From the sequence record OQ834936: a DNA stretch of 64,000 nt. One strand, 5' to 3'. Position numbers and translations under genes: made by a program. This document shows positions 51,281-61,566 of this stretch, in pieces (position 1 is the first letter of the stretch; every line of letters begins with the position of its first letter). Below the pieces are notes generated by a model. It saw nothing but the letters and a program-made list of their open reading frames with translations. It did no database searches and was not told where the DNA came from. Source of the DNA: Shigella phage Henu12.

Positions 51281-51880
51281 TTATTTTACCCCTTTGGAGT
51301 CTACATCTAGATGGATAGTATATTCTGGTGGCTCCTGTCCTTCCTCGTAAACCAATTCACCATCCACAATGACACGTTCAATAATACTTCCACGTTCATC
51401 TTTTAATACTGAATTTTTTACAAGGGTTACAACAAGAGGTGCAGAATTTTCAAAATCTGTGTTGAGATAAGTATAATCATTTGGGATAGCCCCTGTATCA
51501 AGTACTGAAGCACCTGTCATGTCAGCTAGATAATCTCTTGTAGTACTCATCTCTAATCTTTGTTTTAGCTCAAGCATAATACTGTGAGCACCTTTACCAT
51601 TTACAGTAATCAGTACAGGAATCTGAAAAGCAATTCTATAACAAACTACATCATCTTCCACGAACTTATCAAGAACCCAACCATAAGGTGTGGTAGCATC
51701 TTGACAGTATACTGTAATAAAAGGCTGGTCTGGTTTTAGACCTTTATCATTGGAATTATCTGAAGGGTAAGCCCTAATAACATTTGGTCTGTTATTCTTG
51801 TCTCTCGCTAAACGGTGACCAATAACATCAACCAAAACTCGGACAATACCTTTCTCAAGTTCTGCTGTTTCTAACTGCAT
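51281..51880 (-). CDS. hypothetical neck/tail-completion protein
   Basis: 199 aa; position between head and sheath genes. Confidence 0.4.
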   Translation of the reverse strand: MQLETAELEKGIVRVLVDVIGHRLARDKNNRPNVIRAYPSDNSNDKGLKPDQPFITVYCQDATTPYGWVLDKFVEDDVVCYRIAFQIPVLITVNGKGAHSIMLELKQRLEMSTTRDYLADMTGASVLDTGAIPNDYTYLNTDFENSAPLVVTLVKNSVLKDERGSIIERVIVDGELVYEEGQEPPEYTIHLDVDSKGVK

Positions 51881-52256
51881 TCATCTTATCCCTTCTAATA
51901 ATGATATACTCATAATGGGATGTGTGAGCTAATTGTTCAGACCAATCCATTGTCATAAAGACTTCGTATTCGTGTCCCTTAATCATGACAATATCCGCTT
52001 CAGTCCAATCAACATCATCAGACGTTCTTAACTCAGCTACAGTGAAAAGGATTCTTGTATCTGTCAATCTGATACCTTCAGGTAAAACAATCTGTGTACC
52101 ATTCTTTACAGAACCCTTAATATAAGGTTGAATATTACCTTTACAGTTAATTGATACAATATCCTGTGAAGCTACCCAATCACCATCTTCATTGTAATAA
52201 CCATCTTCAGATACCTTCCTTTTAACTACAAAGCTGTGTCTATTTAAGAGTCTCAT
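51855..52256 (-). CDS. hypothetical head-tail joining protein
   Basis: 133 aa ORF. Confidence 0.4.
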   Translation of the reverse strand: MRLLNRHSFVVKRKVSEDGYYNEDGDWVASQDIVSINCKGNIQPYIKGSVKNGTQIVLPEGIRLTDTRILFTVAELRTSDDVDWTEADIVMIKGHEYEVFMTMDWSEQLAHTSHYEYIIIRRDKMNAVRNSRT

Positions 52257-52735
52257 TTTTTAATACCTTTCTTAGTAGAGATTTTATAAACAAGGTTATC
52301 TCGTAAATCTCCAGTTTCCACAAGAGGGGCATTGAAACCTTTCTTTTTAACTGTAGATGGAGCGTTAGGAGGCAATATAGCCGTATTACCAAAACCTCTT
52401 TTAATTGCTTTCTGAGCACTCTTTGCAAATGCTTCTAAAGTATCTGAGGGGTCAGTATTAAGACTGTTTAATTGCTTATAGAGATTCTTCTTAGTCTGCT
52501 CTAACAAGGCCTGTCTGTGTAACATCATAGTAATTTCAAACAACCTACGATATACTTTGCCTGAAGCTGCTGGTACACCAATAACTTCATGCAAGTACAT
52601 TAAAGCAGAGTAAGAAAAACCAGAGCTATGTTGACCTTGTTCCTGAAAATACCCAACTTGAGCATTAGCCGTATGCAAGTTCTTCATAGCCCCGACTAAT
52701 TTAGCTCTAGCGGGGTGAATAACCCTTTTAACCAT
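52253..52735 (-). CDS. hypothetical head-tail joining protein
   Basis: 160 aa ORF. Confidence 0.4.
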   Translation of the reverse strand: MVKRVIHPARAKLVGAMKNLHTANAQVGYFQEQGQHSSGFSYSALMYLHEVIGVPAASGKVYRRLFEITMMLHRQALLEQTKKNLYKQLNSLNTDPSDTLEAFAKSAQKAIKRGFGNTAILPPNAPSTVKKKGFNAPLVETGDLRDNLVYKISTKKGIKK

Positions 52736-53184
52736 TATTCATCTCGCTCGATAATAAATACACCGTTGACACGTTCACAGTAATCTCTACCATAGTATCT
52801 AACAGCATCGCCATATTCAGTATATTTCTTGACAGAGCAAGGATTTTGACGACGCATGTCAATATCACACTGGTTAATACCACCCGCATAAGGGAGGCCA
52901 CTAACAGAGCTTTTAACTAGGTCGTCATAGACAGCTTTCAGAGATTTGAATCTGGAAGAGTTTCGTAAATAAACACCACCAACTTTCTCATCTCCCATCT
53001 TGGCTACTTGAAAGAGTAAATATTTAAGAGCTTTGATGGCTGCTTTCTTTTCATCCTTTCCAGATTCTTGGTAGAACCACTCTAGCACCGATTGGTCAAT
53101 GAGGATTTCATTGTTGTCAGTATCGGTGCAGAGGATTCGAACTCTATCAAGAGGGTTATTAGCGGGGTCGCCTGTATAACACAT
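52735..53184 (-). CDS. hypothetical head completion protein
   Basis: 149 aa ORF immediately after the capsid gene. Confidence 0.4.
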   Translation of the reverse strand: MCYTGDPANNPLDRVRILCTDTDNNEILIDQSVLEWFYQESGKDEKKAAIKALKYLLFQVAKMGDEKVGGVYLRNSSRFKSLKAVYDDLVKSSVSGLPYAGGINQCDIDMRRQNPCSVKKYTEYGDAVRYYGRDYCERVNGVFIIERDE

Positions 53185-53206
53185 TTATAACCCTCCTTTC
53201 AAGTTA

Positions 53207-54310
53207 TTACTCAGCGTCTGAACGAACGTCAACAAGCAGTTGAGGACGTGTGCAGTATGGCAGCATGTAAGAGTGGGCTTCGAAGTCAATACCTTCGTCA
53301 CGGTCTTTCTCATATTCGAACACATACAGTTCCTGACCCAGAGTGTTTGCATAACCCATCTTAGGACATGGAGCGTAAGCAACTTCGAAGATGTTGTTAG
53401 CTTCACCCAACATTGCTACGTTAGGGAATGCGTGACCTACACCAACATTAGTATCAGATACACCGTCAATGCTAACCAGAGTATGAGTCTTACCACGCTT
53501 ATCTTTGAACTTACCGTTGTACTGTACGAATACAACACCACCGTAGTAGAAGCGGTTCATGTGAGCCTGAACACCATCAGTACCACCAGTTCTCAGAGAA
53601 CCAGTAATCTGTTGCCAAGCCAGCGGAGTCTGCTGTGCAAGGTATGCGTCACGAATCTTAGGATGCTTGATAAGCTTGCTGAAGAAAGTTCTGTCAACAA
53701 CGATGTGAATTTCTTCACCGTTGATTACAGTACCTGTCTTAGCTTCATCTTCCATGTGCATACGCAGGTCTTCAATGTGCGCATCGATATCAGAGTTCGG
53801 GTTGTCCAAGTCGAAGTAGATAGTCTTCTTAGTTACATCGAACTGCTTGTACAGGTCTGCGTACAGAACACCGTTAGCGTCGATAACTTTACCCTTCAGG
53901 GCTTGCATAAACAAGAACTCACGAGTAATATCAAACTTGGTACGAATCTTCATCAGCTTCTTAGCACGTACAACTGCTTCAGTAGTCAGTTCATTTGCAG
54001 TGCCTGGCTGACGAACACCCTGAATCTCATCAGGAGTGATGCTCTCAACTTCCTTGAAGTACATCATCGGGAAGCTAATCTGACGAACACGCTCAGGAGC
54101 GCTAGTCTCAGCTTTACGGCTGGTACGGTCTACCGCATCCAGTAAGCTGATATCCCAATCAGTCAAGTCCATCAGGAAAGTAGTCTGTGTTTGTGGAGCA
54201 GAACGGAACAGTCCCAGACCAGAGATATATCCGTAAGTATTTGGAATAGACTGGACTTCACCAGTTAAGTCAGCAAGGAAAAATCTGCTTTTTTCAGAAT
54301 TAGTCAACAT
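53207..54310 (-). CDS. major capsid protein (lambda gpE-like arrangement)
   Basis: 367 aa; follows the decoration and protease genes in lambda-like order. Confidence 0.7.
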   Translation of the reverse strand: MLTNSEKSRFFLADLTGEVQSIPNTYGYISGLGLFRSAPQTQTTFLMDLTDWDISLLDAVDRTSRKAETSAPERVRQISFPMMYFKEVESITPDEIQGVRQPGTANELTTEAVVRAKKLMKIRTKFDITREFLFMQALKGKVIDANGVLYADLYKQFDVTKKTIYFDLDNPNSDIDAHIEDLRMHMEDEAKTGTVINGEEIHIVVDRTFFSKLIKHPKIRDAYLAQQTPLAWQQITGSLRTGGTDGVQAHMNRFYYGGVVFVQYNGKFKDKRGKTHTLVSIDGVSDTNVGVGHAFPNVAMLGEANNIFEVAYAPCPKMGYANTLGQELYVFEYEKDRDEGIDFEAHSYMLPYCTRPQLLVDVRSDAE

Positions 54311-54341
54311 TGTAAAATTCTCCAGAATGTCTTATTATTAA

Positions 54342-54719
54342 TTACAGGCCAGTTGGGACGAAATCAATACCTTTCGCCTTAAGAGCAGACTTGACAGCAG
54401 CAGCATCAACACTATCTGCCAGAGTTAGCATGTCTTTCAGTTCAGCGTCACGGTAAATACCAACAACTTTTAACTGACCGTGGTAAGACAGTTGTAGGTC
54501 TGCGTAGAAGTTAACGATACATACAGAATCTGCCTGAGCTTCTTCACCTGCTGCAACTTTAGTACCATCAGCTTTCAGAACTTCACCTACACGATACTCA
54601 GTGCTGGCTACTGGAGCGTACTCTTTACGAGAGTGACCAGTTGGTGTAATCTGTTCCCAAAGGATGATATCGTTCAGAGGTTCTCTGTTACCTAATTTAG
54701 TAAAACCTTGATATGCCAT
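54342..54719 (-). CDS. head decoration protein (gpD-like)
   Basis: 125 aa between protease and capsid genes. Confidence 0.5.
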   Translation of the reverse strand: MAYQGFTKLGNREPLNDIILWEQITPTGHSRKEYAPVASTEYRVGEVLKADGTKVAAGEEAQADSVCIVNFYADLQLSYHGQLKVVGIYRDAELKDMLTLADSVDAAAVKSALKAKGIDFVPTGL

Positions 54720-54731
54720 TATTTGTGTTCC

Positions 54732-56078
54732 TTATTTGATAAGAGTTTTCAAAGCATTCTGGAGAGCCAGTTTGCGTTGGTCAGCGTTAGCATTAGCATT
54801 TGCTTCTGGAGCGGTGTCTTTACCGTCATCCACTTCTGCTTCGCCGTCATTGCCAAGTTCTTCCATAGCGTTTGAGTGTTCCAGAACAGCACCAGCAGTT
54901 TCTTTCAGCTTAGTGATTTCAGAATCCTTCTCAGACATGGCAGAAGCATGGGACGCGATAGTTTCATTAAGTTTCTGGTTAGCACCTTCCATAGCATTCA
55001 TAAACAGAACACTCAGAGGGTTGTCAAGACCAGCACCTAAAATAGCTGTTGCAGCTTCTTTTGCATCAAACCCAAAAGCTTCAGCAGATGCAGAAATCTT
55101 ACCAGTTAAATCTGTAAGAACTGTTTCCTGTTCCTTAGCTTTCATTTGAGCAACCTGAAGACGCAGAGCTTCTAGTTCTTGCTTTTCTTGTTCAGTCATT
55201 TCTTCACCTGAATTGTTTGTGTTTAAACTTACAGGAGCTTCTTCAGAACCTTGTAAGTAATTTAAGAAATCATCTTGAGACATGATAGAGTTAATTAAAC
55301 CAAGTTCAAGAGCTTCCTGAGCAGAATAAACATTCGCCTCAGTATTCTTTACAGCTTCTTCAGAGATATTACGTGAGTCTGCAACAAAACTAGTAAAAGT
55401 CTTGTAAGTGTCATCAATTCTCTTTTGAAGTCTATTCTTGCTTTCTTCTGATAATGCTTGGAATGGGGAACCCATACCTTTAAATTCACCAGCTTTAATA
55501 ACGTTAATAGTTACGCCATTCTTTTCAAATGCTTTAGTTAATTCTTGGTGAACCATAATCACACCAATTGAACCAACATCTGCATCTGGTGATGCAATAA
55601 TTTCTTCAGCGGAAGATGCAAGAGCGTATGCAGCAGAGCAAGCAAACTCATCTACATAAGCAATAATTTTCTTTTGGCCTCTTGAAGCCATGATGTGACG
55701 TGCCAACTCAAAACAACCTGACGCTTCACCACCACCTGAATCAACGTGCAGCACGATAGTCTTAATAGACTCATCTGCTAGGGCTTCGTCAAAGCCTCTG
55801 CGTAAACCTTCATAAGAACTTAGTCCACCAGTACACATTGCATCCATGAAGGTCATACGATGTGTTAGGCCACCCATAATAGGGATGATAGCAATGTCTT
55901 CTTTAACTTTTAAAAGACTTCTTGCTTCACCTTTTGGCTTATCGAAGTTTACTGCTGCTTGTACCTCACCTAACAAGCGGTTATTAACATAAGTCGCTGC
56001 TGAGTGGGCTAATGATTCTGTAGCTAGTAAAGGTTGGTTGAATAATCTGTCAGCAAGTCTGAAGATATTCGAACTCAT
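54732..56078 (-). CDS. prohead protease / scaffold (S49 SppA-family, lambda gpC-like)
   Basis: 448 aa; ClpP/S49-like core (IVLHVDSGGGEASG...SAAYALASSAEEI...SIGVIMVHQ) plus Ala/Glu-rich coiled-coil C-terminal half. Confidence 0.7.
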   Translation of the reverse strand: MSSNIFRLADRLFNQPLLATESLAHSAATYVNNRLLGEVQAAVNFDKPKGEARSLLKVKEDIAIIPIMGGLTHRMTFMDAMCTGGLSSYEGLRRGFDEALADESIKTIVLHVDSGGGEASGCFELARHIMASRGQKKIIAYVDEFACSAAYALASSAEEIIASPDADVGSIGVIMVHQELTKAFEKNGVTINVIKAGEFKGMGSPFQALSEESKNRLQKRIDDTYKTFTSFVADSRNISEEAVKNTEANVYSAQEALELGLINSIMSQDDFLNYLQGSEEAPVSLNTNNSGEEMTEQEKQELEALRLQVAQMKAKEQETVLTDLTGKISASAEAFGFDAKEAATAILGAGLDNPLSVLFMNAMEGANQKLNETIASHASAMSEKDSEITKLKETAGAVLEHSNAMEELGNDGEAEVDDGKDTAPEANANANADQRKLALQNALKTLIK

Positions 56079-56089
56079 TTTTACTCACC

Positions 56090-56422
56090 CTATTTATTTA
56101 AGTCAATGGATACTGAAGAGATAACATAAATTCCTTCTTCAGCAAAGAACTGAGGGCTACTTAGAGCACCTGTTGCCACGCACTTAGAGTTGTCATCCCA
56201 TAAACTAAAATGAGAAACTGTAGCAGAAGCCGGAACAGTAATATTAACTGTGTCTTCTGAGGCAATTAATCCATTGTTAGGTTCTGAGAAGAAGATAGCC
56301 ACTGGCTGAGTAACCTTGTTTGCTGTAGGGTCTGCCGTTGGGTCTACATTGTGTAATACAATAGTTGTCGGGGTTAGTGTGGCTAGGATTTTATTCTTAC
56401 CATCAATCGTTAATGTTCCCAT
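56090..56422 (-). CDS. hypothetical protein
   Basis: 110 aa ORF between portal and protease. Confidence 0.4.
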   Translation of the reverse strand: MGTLTIDGKNKILATLTPTTIVLHNVDPTADPTANKVTQPVAIFFSEPNNGLIASEDTVNITVPASATVSHFSLWDDNSKCVATGALSSPQFFAEEGIYVISSVSIDLNK

Positions 56423-56922
56423 TAATTAAACCTTACTTTTTGTTTAAGGATTGTTGAATGGTTACCAGATTCATCTACCACATTTACAATCATATCATAA
56501 ACTTTACCTTTGACAAGTACTTTGTAATCATTTTGTGAAAAAATGTACTCAAGTCTGTTAGACTCTTTATTTACTGTCATTGGAGATTGAAATGCTGTAT
56601 CAATGGTAATGAATGCAGCTTCAACACTATTAACGTTAACACGTTTATTCTCACAGTTATATAACTTTACACCCAAAAGGCATGAACTGTCAAATGGAAT
56701 TTTAACAATTTCGTTACAATTGTTTGAAATAAACTGTTTTCCGCTCATTGGAGCATCAAGTAACCTGCAAATAGTGAAAACGTCAGAGGTTCCACCATCA
56801 CTAACATACCCTGAAAGGCTGACCCTTGAGCCAGCCTCTACAGTTAATTCATCAGTGATAATTAAGACACCTCTATAAGAATGCACTCGCGTAGCATTGG
56901 AAATAGAGATAACTTCTGCCAT
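56422..56922 (-). CDS. hypothetical protein
   Basis: 166 aa ORF between portal and protease. Confidence 0.4.
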   Translation of the reverse strand: MAEVISISNATRVHSYRGVLIITDELTVEAGSRVSLSGYVSDGGTSDVFTICRLLDAPMSGKQFISNNCNEIVKIPFDSSCLLGVKLYNCENKRVNVNSVEAAFITIDTAFQSPMTVNKESNRLEYIFSQNDYKVLVKGKVYDMIVNVVDESGNHSTILKQKVRFN

Positions 56923-58388
56923 TATTTGTTTGCCTTATTAGCCGTACTTGGGTCTTTAGCTGAAGGAGTTTTAGCAGTCCCTTCTCCAGCAGTTTGATAA
57001 CCATCACCAGAACGACTTTGAGTGTTTGGAGATAGCTTCTCAGATACTGGTTTAGACTCATCAGCAGGTTCAAGGTCAAGATATTCTCTAAGCTTGTTAG
57101 ACAATGGTTTGTCAACTTCCAGAGCACCAACTGCAACGGTCTTCTGAATAAAGGATGCAATAGCTTCCAAATCTGGAGTCTCAATATCATCATACACAAT
57201 TTCTACGTGTTCTTCATCATCCCACATATTCAGTGCATAAGTCTGAGCAACCAAATCACGGTTAATTACATTCTTCACTTGCTTCAGAAGAATATCAACT
57301 GACATTGCCAGTAAGCTTGTCTTAGAATCTGCCAGAGAGAATGAGCCATACTTTGACTGTCCCATAGCAAGAACATCAGACATAAACGCCATCATAATTT
57401 GCTTAGAGTATCTATCAATGATAGAACCTGTATCATAAGCTTTAGCACCCTGTCGAGAAACTAATGAGAACTCAAAGATATCTTCTTTAGTTTCTGGGTC
57501 GATAAATCTAGGCCAAATTAAACCTGCTCTGTCATTAGCAATTAAATCATTTACTACTTCTTGGCAGTATTTAACAAAAGCTTTCTTTTCAGGTTCTGCA
57601 TCTTCACCTAAGTAATCAGGTGGAAGACCAATCTTTGGCATACCTACTAAGTCTCTGGAAACACCAACTGCTTCAAACTCTTCAATTTGAACTTTGTATT
57701 TCCAAGGAACATAAGCATTAAGTAATGGTGAACGTCCCTCTGGGTTACCATATTCATCGTCATACTTGAACAATAAGAATTTACTTCTAGGAAGCTTTCT
57801 TGTCAATGGTTGTTCACCAAGATTAATTGCTCCTGCAATATGGGAAACATTACGCAGGTTCTGTCTAACACCAATGACTTTTCTATAGTCAGAGTCAAAG
57901 TACCATTTGTCTAATGTAGTCTGATTACGGATTGGTAATTTAGCCCAACCAATTAAACCATCATTATATTTTGAAGGGTACTTACCTTTCTTGCCTTGAC
58001 GTTTCTTATAAACTTTCTCGTTTACACAGAAACCGTAAGTACAGAATGACATTACAGAGTTAATAAAGTCAGCCCAATCGTGCTCCATGTCATTCATTAG
58101 TGAGTTAAAGAAATTAGCCCTTTCAATCATCTTGGCATCTTTCTCTTTTCCCTTCGGTGGTACGAATCTCCAGTTAACCTTTCTGACAAACATCTTAATA
58201 ATATTTACAGAGGCTGCTACTGAAGGGTCTCTCATCATAAGTTGGAAAGTCTTAATACTTTCTGGGAATCTTAAAGCCTGTCTAGGTTCTTCATAGATTC
58301 TTCCTGAGCGAACTTTAAGGCCAAGACTCCCAACCTCACCCATTCTGAATGGAGGAAGGCTTTCTTGTGTTTCTGTGATATCTGCCAT
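56922..58388 (-). CDS. portal protein
   Basis: 488 aa; immediately downstream of the large terminase. Confidence 0.7.
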   Translation of the reverse strand: MADITETQESLPPFRMGEVGSLGLKVRSGRIYEEPRQALRFPESIKTFQLMMRDPSVAASVNIIKMFVRKVNWRFVPPKGKEKDAKMIERANFFNSLMNDMEHDWADFINSVMSFCTYGFCVNEKVYKKRQGKKGKYPSKYNDGLIGWAKLPIRNQTTLDKWYFDSDYRKVIGVRQNLRNVSHIAGAINLGEQPLTRKLPRSKFLLFKYDDEYGNPEGRSPLLNAYVPWKYKVQIEEFEAVGVSRDLVGMPKIGLPPDYLGEDAEPEKKAFVKYCQEVVNDLIANDRAGLIWPRFIDPETKEDIFEFSLVSRQGAKAYDTGSIIDRYSKQIMMAFMSDVLAMGQSKYGSFSLADSKTSLLAMSVDILLKQVKNVINRDLVAQTYALNMWDDEEHVEIVYDDIETPDLEAIASFIQKTVAVGALEVDKPLSNKLREYLDLEPADESKPVSEKLSPNTQSRSGDGYQTAGEGTAKTPSAKDPSTANKANK

Positions 58389-58400
58389 TCTTTCTACCTA

Positions 58401-60017
58401 TTATCGTCTTAGCCCCTGATATGGATTACTCTTCATAATATCTGTATGAGCACCCATTGAAGGTGGCTTGAATAGTTTAACTTCGTTTAGACTGTTGAAA
58501 GCATCACTGGTAGCATCCACTTGGTCATCCTTAGTACGACCATCACCACAAAAACCTTCTAGTTCTTGGAAATATGCTTCATTCCAAGAGCCTCTAACAA
58601 TTTTGACAAGTCCTGCCTCAGAAGCAGCAGAGAAACCCGCAAAACGGGTGACTTTATCTTTATTTGTTGGTTTAGCTCTTGCTCGGAAACCTTTCTCAGC
58701 AAGTTTTCTAATAAGGGAGGTTGCGTAGGATTTACCAGCAGCGCCGGGGTCTTGAGGGATAAAAATACCTGTGCGCTTACCATCACCTTCAGCAGTTTGG
58801 TTAATTTGTGTTTCAACTCCAGAAGGTCTATCTCTAAATCTTACTACGTTAATCACATAATAGCAACCATCTTTTTTAGATTTACCCATTTTAACACCTG
58901 CTGTCCAGTCAGGGTTAGGGTTAACCTCAGAAGGTAATGTTGCTGCTAAGTCCCATGCTCTCACGTCAAATACGTCTGCTGGAACACTATCAACAATTTC
59001 ACACCATTGTCTTTGCCAGTAGTTTGAACCTTCAGCACGAGCTTTCCAGTTACCAAAACGTAAACGTGCAACGTTAACTGGTGTGTTGTTTTCTAATTTA
59101 CCACGATACTTAGGTTCAAGGAAATCTAGAATAGGGTTGTCATCGATTGTACCGGAAATAAAGGTATATGTTTGAGGAATCTCAAGAGGGAACATTTCAA
59201 GAATTTTATCTCTATCCCAATCAGAAACCATGACACCATCATTCATAACATACCAACGAATCCTACCGCACTTCTCTGGGTCTGGATATCCAGCATCATC
59301 TAGGAAAGGTTCTACCCAATCATAAATAAAGTGGTCTCTATCTGGGTTCATTGAGATTTTCATATATGAGTCGCCTTCAGCACCAGAACGTAAACGTGTC
59401 TGAAGATATGAAATCTGTGAAGCCGAGAAGTGTGTACCTTCGTCGAAATAAATAGCTGAGTATTCGATACCTTGGTGACCTTCTGAGTGTTTCTCAAGTT
59501 CCAAATAAGTAAACTTGATAGTTGCTCCAGAAGGGAAAGTGATAGTCATTTTCTGTTCATGTGGAACTCCACCAAACTTACCAAATAACTTCTTAGCCGC
59601 AGGCCACAAACCACCTTGTAACTGTGTTGTATTTCGACGGAAATAAACAGCATTATAGTTTGGGTCTTCAATGAACCTTAGTGAGTCCATTAATAGGGCA
59701 GCAGTCTTACCAGCACCAGCAGCACCACCATATAGTACCAAGTCAGCATTAGTGTTCAAGAATACCTCTTGAGAGCCAGGCTGTGGAGCTACATAGTTCT
59801 TGTCAGTCATCAATTTAAAGATGAGTCTTACTTGGTCTGGGGTGTACCTTAATAAAGTCAGAATTTGAGTTGGAAGGAATTTAGAGGGGTCTTTACCAAA
59901 GGATTTGATAATATCTTTTACTTCTTCAGAAAGCCCCAACTCACCTGCTAGGACTTTCCTTACATCTTCCACTCGCTTCTGCTTAATAACATTTAAGTCC
60001 ATTAAGCACCTCTGCAA
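58401..60017 (-). CDS. terminase large subunit
   Basis: 538 aa; Walker A VLYGGAAGAGKT; C-terminal acidic nuclease-like region. Confidence 0.8.
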   Translation of the reverse strand: MQRCLMDLNVIKQKRVEDVRKVLAGELGLSEEVKDIIKSFGKDPSKFLPTQILTLLRYTPDQVRLIFKLMTDKNYVAPQPGSQEVFLNTNADLVLYGGAAGAGKTAALLMDSLRFIEDPNYNAVYFRRNTTQLQGGLWPAAKKLFGKFGGVPHEQKMTITFPSGATIKFTYLELEKHSEGHQGIEYSAIYFDEGTHFSASQISYLQTRLRSGAEGDSYMKISMNPDRDHFIYDWVEPFLDDAGYPDPEKCGRIRWYVMNDGVMVSDWDRDKILEMFPLEIPQTYTFISGTIDDNPILDFLEPKYRGKLENNTPVNVARLRFGNWKARAEGSNYWQRQWCEIVDSVPADVFDVRAWDLAATLPSEVNPNPDWTAGVKMGKSKKDGCYYVINVVRFRDRPSGVETQINQTAEGDGKRTGIFIPQDPGAAGKSYATSLIRKLAEKGFRARAKPTNKDKVTRFAGFSAASEAGLVKIVRGSWNEAYFQELEGFCGDGRTKDDQVDATSDAFNSLNEVKLFKPPSMGAHTDIMKSNPYQGLRR

Positions 60018-60023
60018 ATAGAA

Positions 60024-60230
60024 TTATTCAGAAACTTCTTCAGATTCCTGTTTAGGTTCTACACCAAACTTTTCATCTACTAAATTAAGAAGTTTATCCA
60101 TCGTTGCTTCTTGTGGGTTAATACCAGTTGCAACAATTAAACGTTCAGCCACAGCCATTACAGTTGCTTGAAGCATCTGAGCCTGTTTCTGAGTTTCATA
60201 TAGTTCTTTGTAAACATTAGTCTCGTTCAT
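60024..60230 (-). CDS. hypothetical protein upstream of terminase
   Basis: 68 aa ORF. Confidence 0.4.
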   Translation of the reverse strand: MNETNVYKELYETQKQAQMLQATVMAVAERLIVATGINPQEATMDKLLNLVDEKFGVEPKQESEEVSE

Positions 60231-60359
60231 TGTATTTCTCCAAAATTAAAGTTATAGTGATTCCCCTGAAAAAAGACGGTGCAGAGACCGTCAAGGAGAA
60301 ACCACAATGTATGCCAGAGACATACTGTATAGGTCTGCCCATAAAGTATAACTCTATAA

Positions 60360-60420
60360 AAAAGCCCTGTCTAAAAATACTCTCCGGTAGCGAAAGGGAG
60401 AATACTCATAGCAGGGCATA
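60360..60420 (-). terminator. putative terminator at the 3' end of the tRNA array
   Basis: Long imperfect hairpin (GCCCTG...CAGGGC with internal CTCTCC/GGGAGA) followed by TTTTTTAT on the minus strand. Confidence 0.45.
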
Positions 60421-60447
60421 ATAACTTTGAGAGAGATATTAATAAAT

Positions 60448-60523
60448 TGGAGTATCGGAAGGGATTTGAACCCTCATAAACCTGTTTTGCAGACAGGCAC
60501 ATATCCATTTCTGTCACCGATAC
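60448..60523 (-). tRNA. tRNA-Cys (anticodon GCA)
   Basis: Manual fold: 7-bp acceptor stem, anticodon loop CUGCAAA, T-loop TTCAAAT, encoded CCA. Confidence 0.75.
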
Positions 60524-60530
60524 ATTAAAT

Positions 60531-60623
60531 TGGAGGAAGATACCAGACTTGAACTGGTACGCCGATTTCTCGGTTACTGGCAGTTTAGCAAACTGCTCCC
60601 TTACCTTTTAGGGTTAATCTTCC
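60531..60623 (-). tRNA. tRNA-Ser (anticodon GCU), long variable arm
   Basis: 93 nt; acceptor GGAAGAT/ATCTTCC; anticodon loop TTGCTAA; T-arm ACCAG-TTCAAGT-CTGGT. Confidence 0.7.
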
Positions 60624-60624
60624 A

Positions 60625-61359
60625 TTATTTGTTCAGAGCTTCTTTCATCTCTGGAGTTGCGATAGTATCAATCACACCAGTTTTACATGAATCGTCAAAC
60701 CAGCTTGGTAGAACATTCGCAAGGAAACCATTAATATTTGTTTTCAGGTATTCTGCAATCAGTGCTGCTTCATCTGCAATCATCTGAGTTACTTCATTAG
60801 CATATGCAGTAATCTTTGTAATACCCTCATTAATCGCTGTAACGGCCTGTGTAGCGAGTTCAGAGATTGTATCTAGTCCTTGGTCGATTGCATCTTGCAA
60901 ATCGCTTAGGACGCTATTTACAGCGTCTATGGAGGTATTAATCAAATCCATCGCTTTATTACCGTACTCGGTAGCTACGCCCATGATACCGCTAAACGGT
61001 GTACATCCAACCTGTTCACCTGCTGCTCCCATAACGTTAGAGTAACCTTTAGCTACTTGCATACGTTGTGAAAACTCATCTACAGACTTTTGTCCATACT
61101 CAGTGAGTGTACTTGTCGTTGAAGTTGTACTTCCAAGGCTTGTTGTGAAGCTTCCTAATAAGGCTGTTGTCAGTCCAGCAGCAACTAAAATCTGTTGTGT
61201 TGCAGGGTCTGTTACAGAACTAATTGAGTTCACTAATGATTGAGAAGCAGCTACAGTACCACCAAGAACTGCTGCACCAGTAATAAGAGGGTTAGAGAAC
61301 CCATTACCAGTTTTAAGGAGATTAAAAATCTCTTTACTTTGTTCTGTCATCTCTTTCAT
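60625..61359 (-). CDS. hypothetical Ser/Thr/Ala-rich protein inside the tRNA region
   Basis: About 244 aa from the internal Met; low-complexity S/T/A/G-rich sequence; the ORF-track start at 61422 would overlap a tRNA-like element. Confidence 0.4.
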   Translation of the reverse strand: MKEMTEQSKEIFNLLKTGNGFSNPLITGAAVLGGTVAASQSLVNSISSVTDPATQQILVAAGLTTALLGSFTTSLGSTTSTTSTLTEYGQKSVDEFSQRMQVAKGYSNVMGAAGEQVGCTPFSGIMGVATEYGNKAMDLINTSIDAVNSVLSDLQDAIDQGLDTISELATQAVTAINEGITKITAYANEVTQMIADEAALIAEYLKTNINGFLANVLPSWFDDSCKTGVIDTIATPEMKEALNK

Positions 61360-61377
61360 TATGCACCTATAAAGTTG

Positions 61378-61452
61378 GTAGCCCATCGGGATTTGAACCC
61401 TGTTCTCATGTTTTTCAGACACGCGCTTTAACCATATAAGCTAATTGAGCTA
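61378..61452 (-). tRNA. tRNA-like element, possibly tRNA-Phe (anticodon GAA), noncanonical
   Basis: T-loop TTCAAAT and acceptor pairing present, but the T-stem has only 3 clean pairs and the acceptor/D junction is irregular. Confidence 0.4.
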
Positions 61453-61458
61453 TTAAAT

Positions 61459-61535
61459 TGGGGTGACCTACGGGAATCGAACCCGTATAGACCATGTTCA
61501 CAGCATGGGTCATTATCCATTTATGATAAGGCCAC
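61459..61535 (-). tRNA. tRNA-His (anticodon GUG)
   Basis: Manual fold: D-stem TCAT/ATGA, anticodon stem CCATG/CATGG with loop CTGTGAA, T-arm ACGGG-TTCGATT-CCCGT, CCA encoded. Confidence 0.75.
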
Positions 61536-61566
61536 ATTTAAGGACTCTCGTAAGAACCCTTAGAAG

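Noticed and set aside
53240-54145. 301-aa plus-strand ORF
   Set aside because: Lies entirely antisense within the major capsid gene; Cys/Val/Thr-rich low-complexity translation; the minus-strand frame fits the surrounding lambda-like head synteny.
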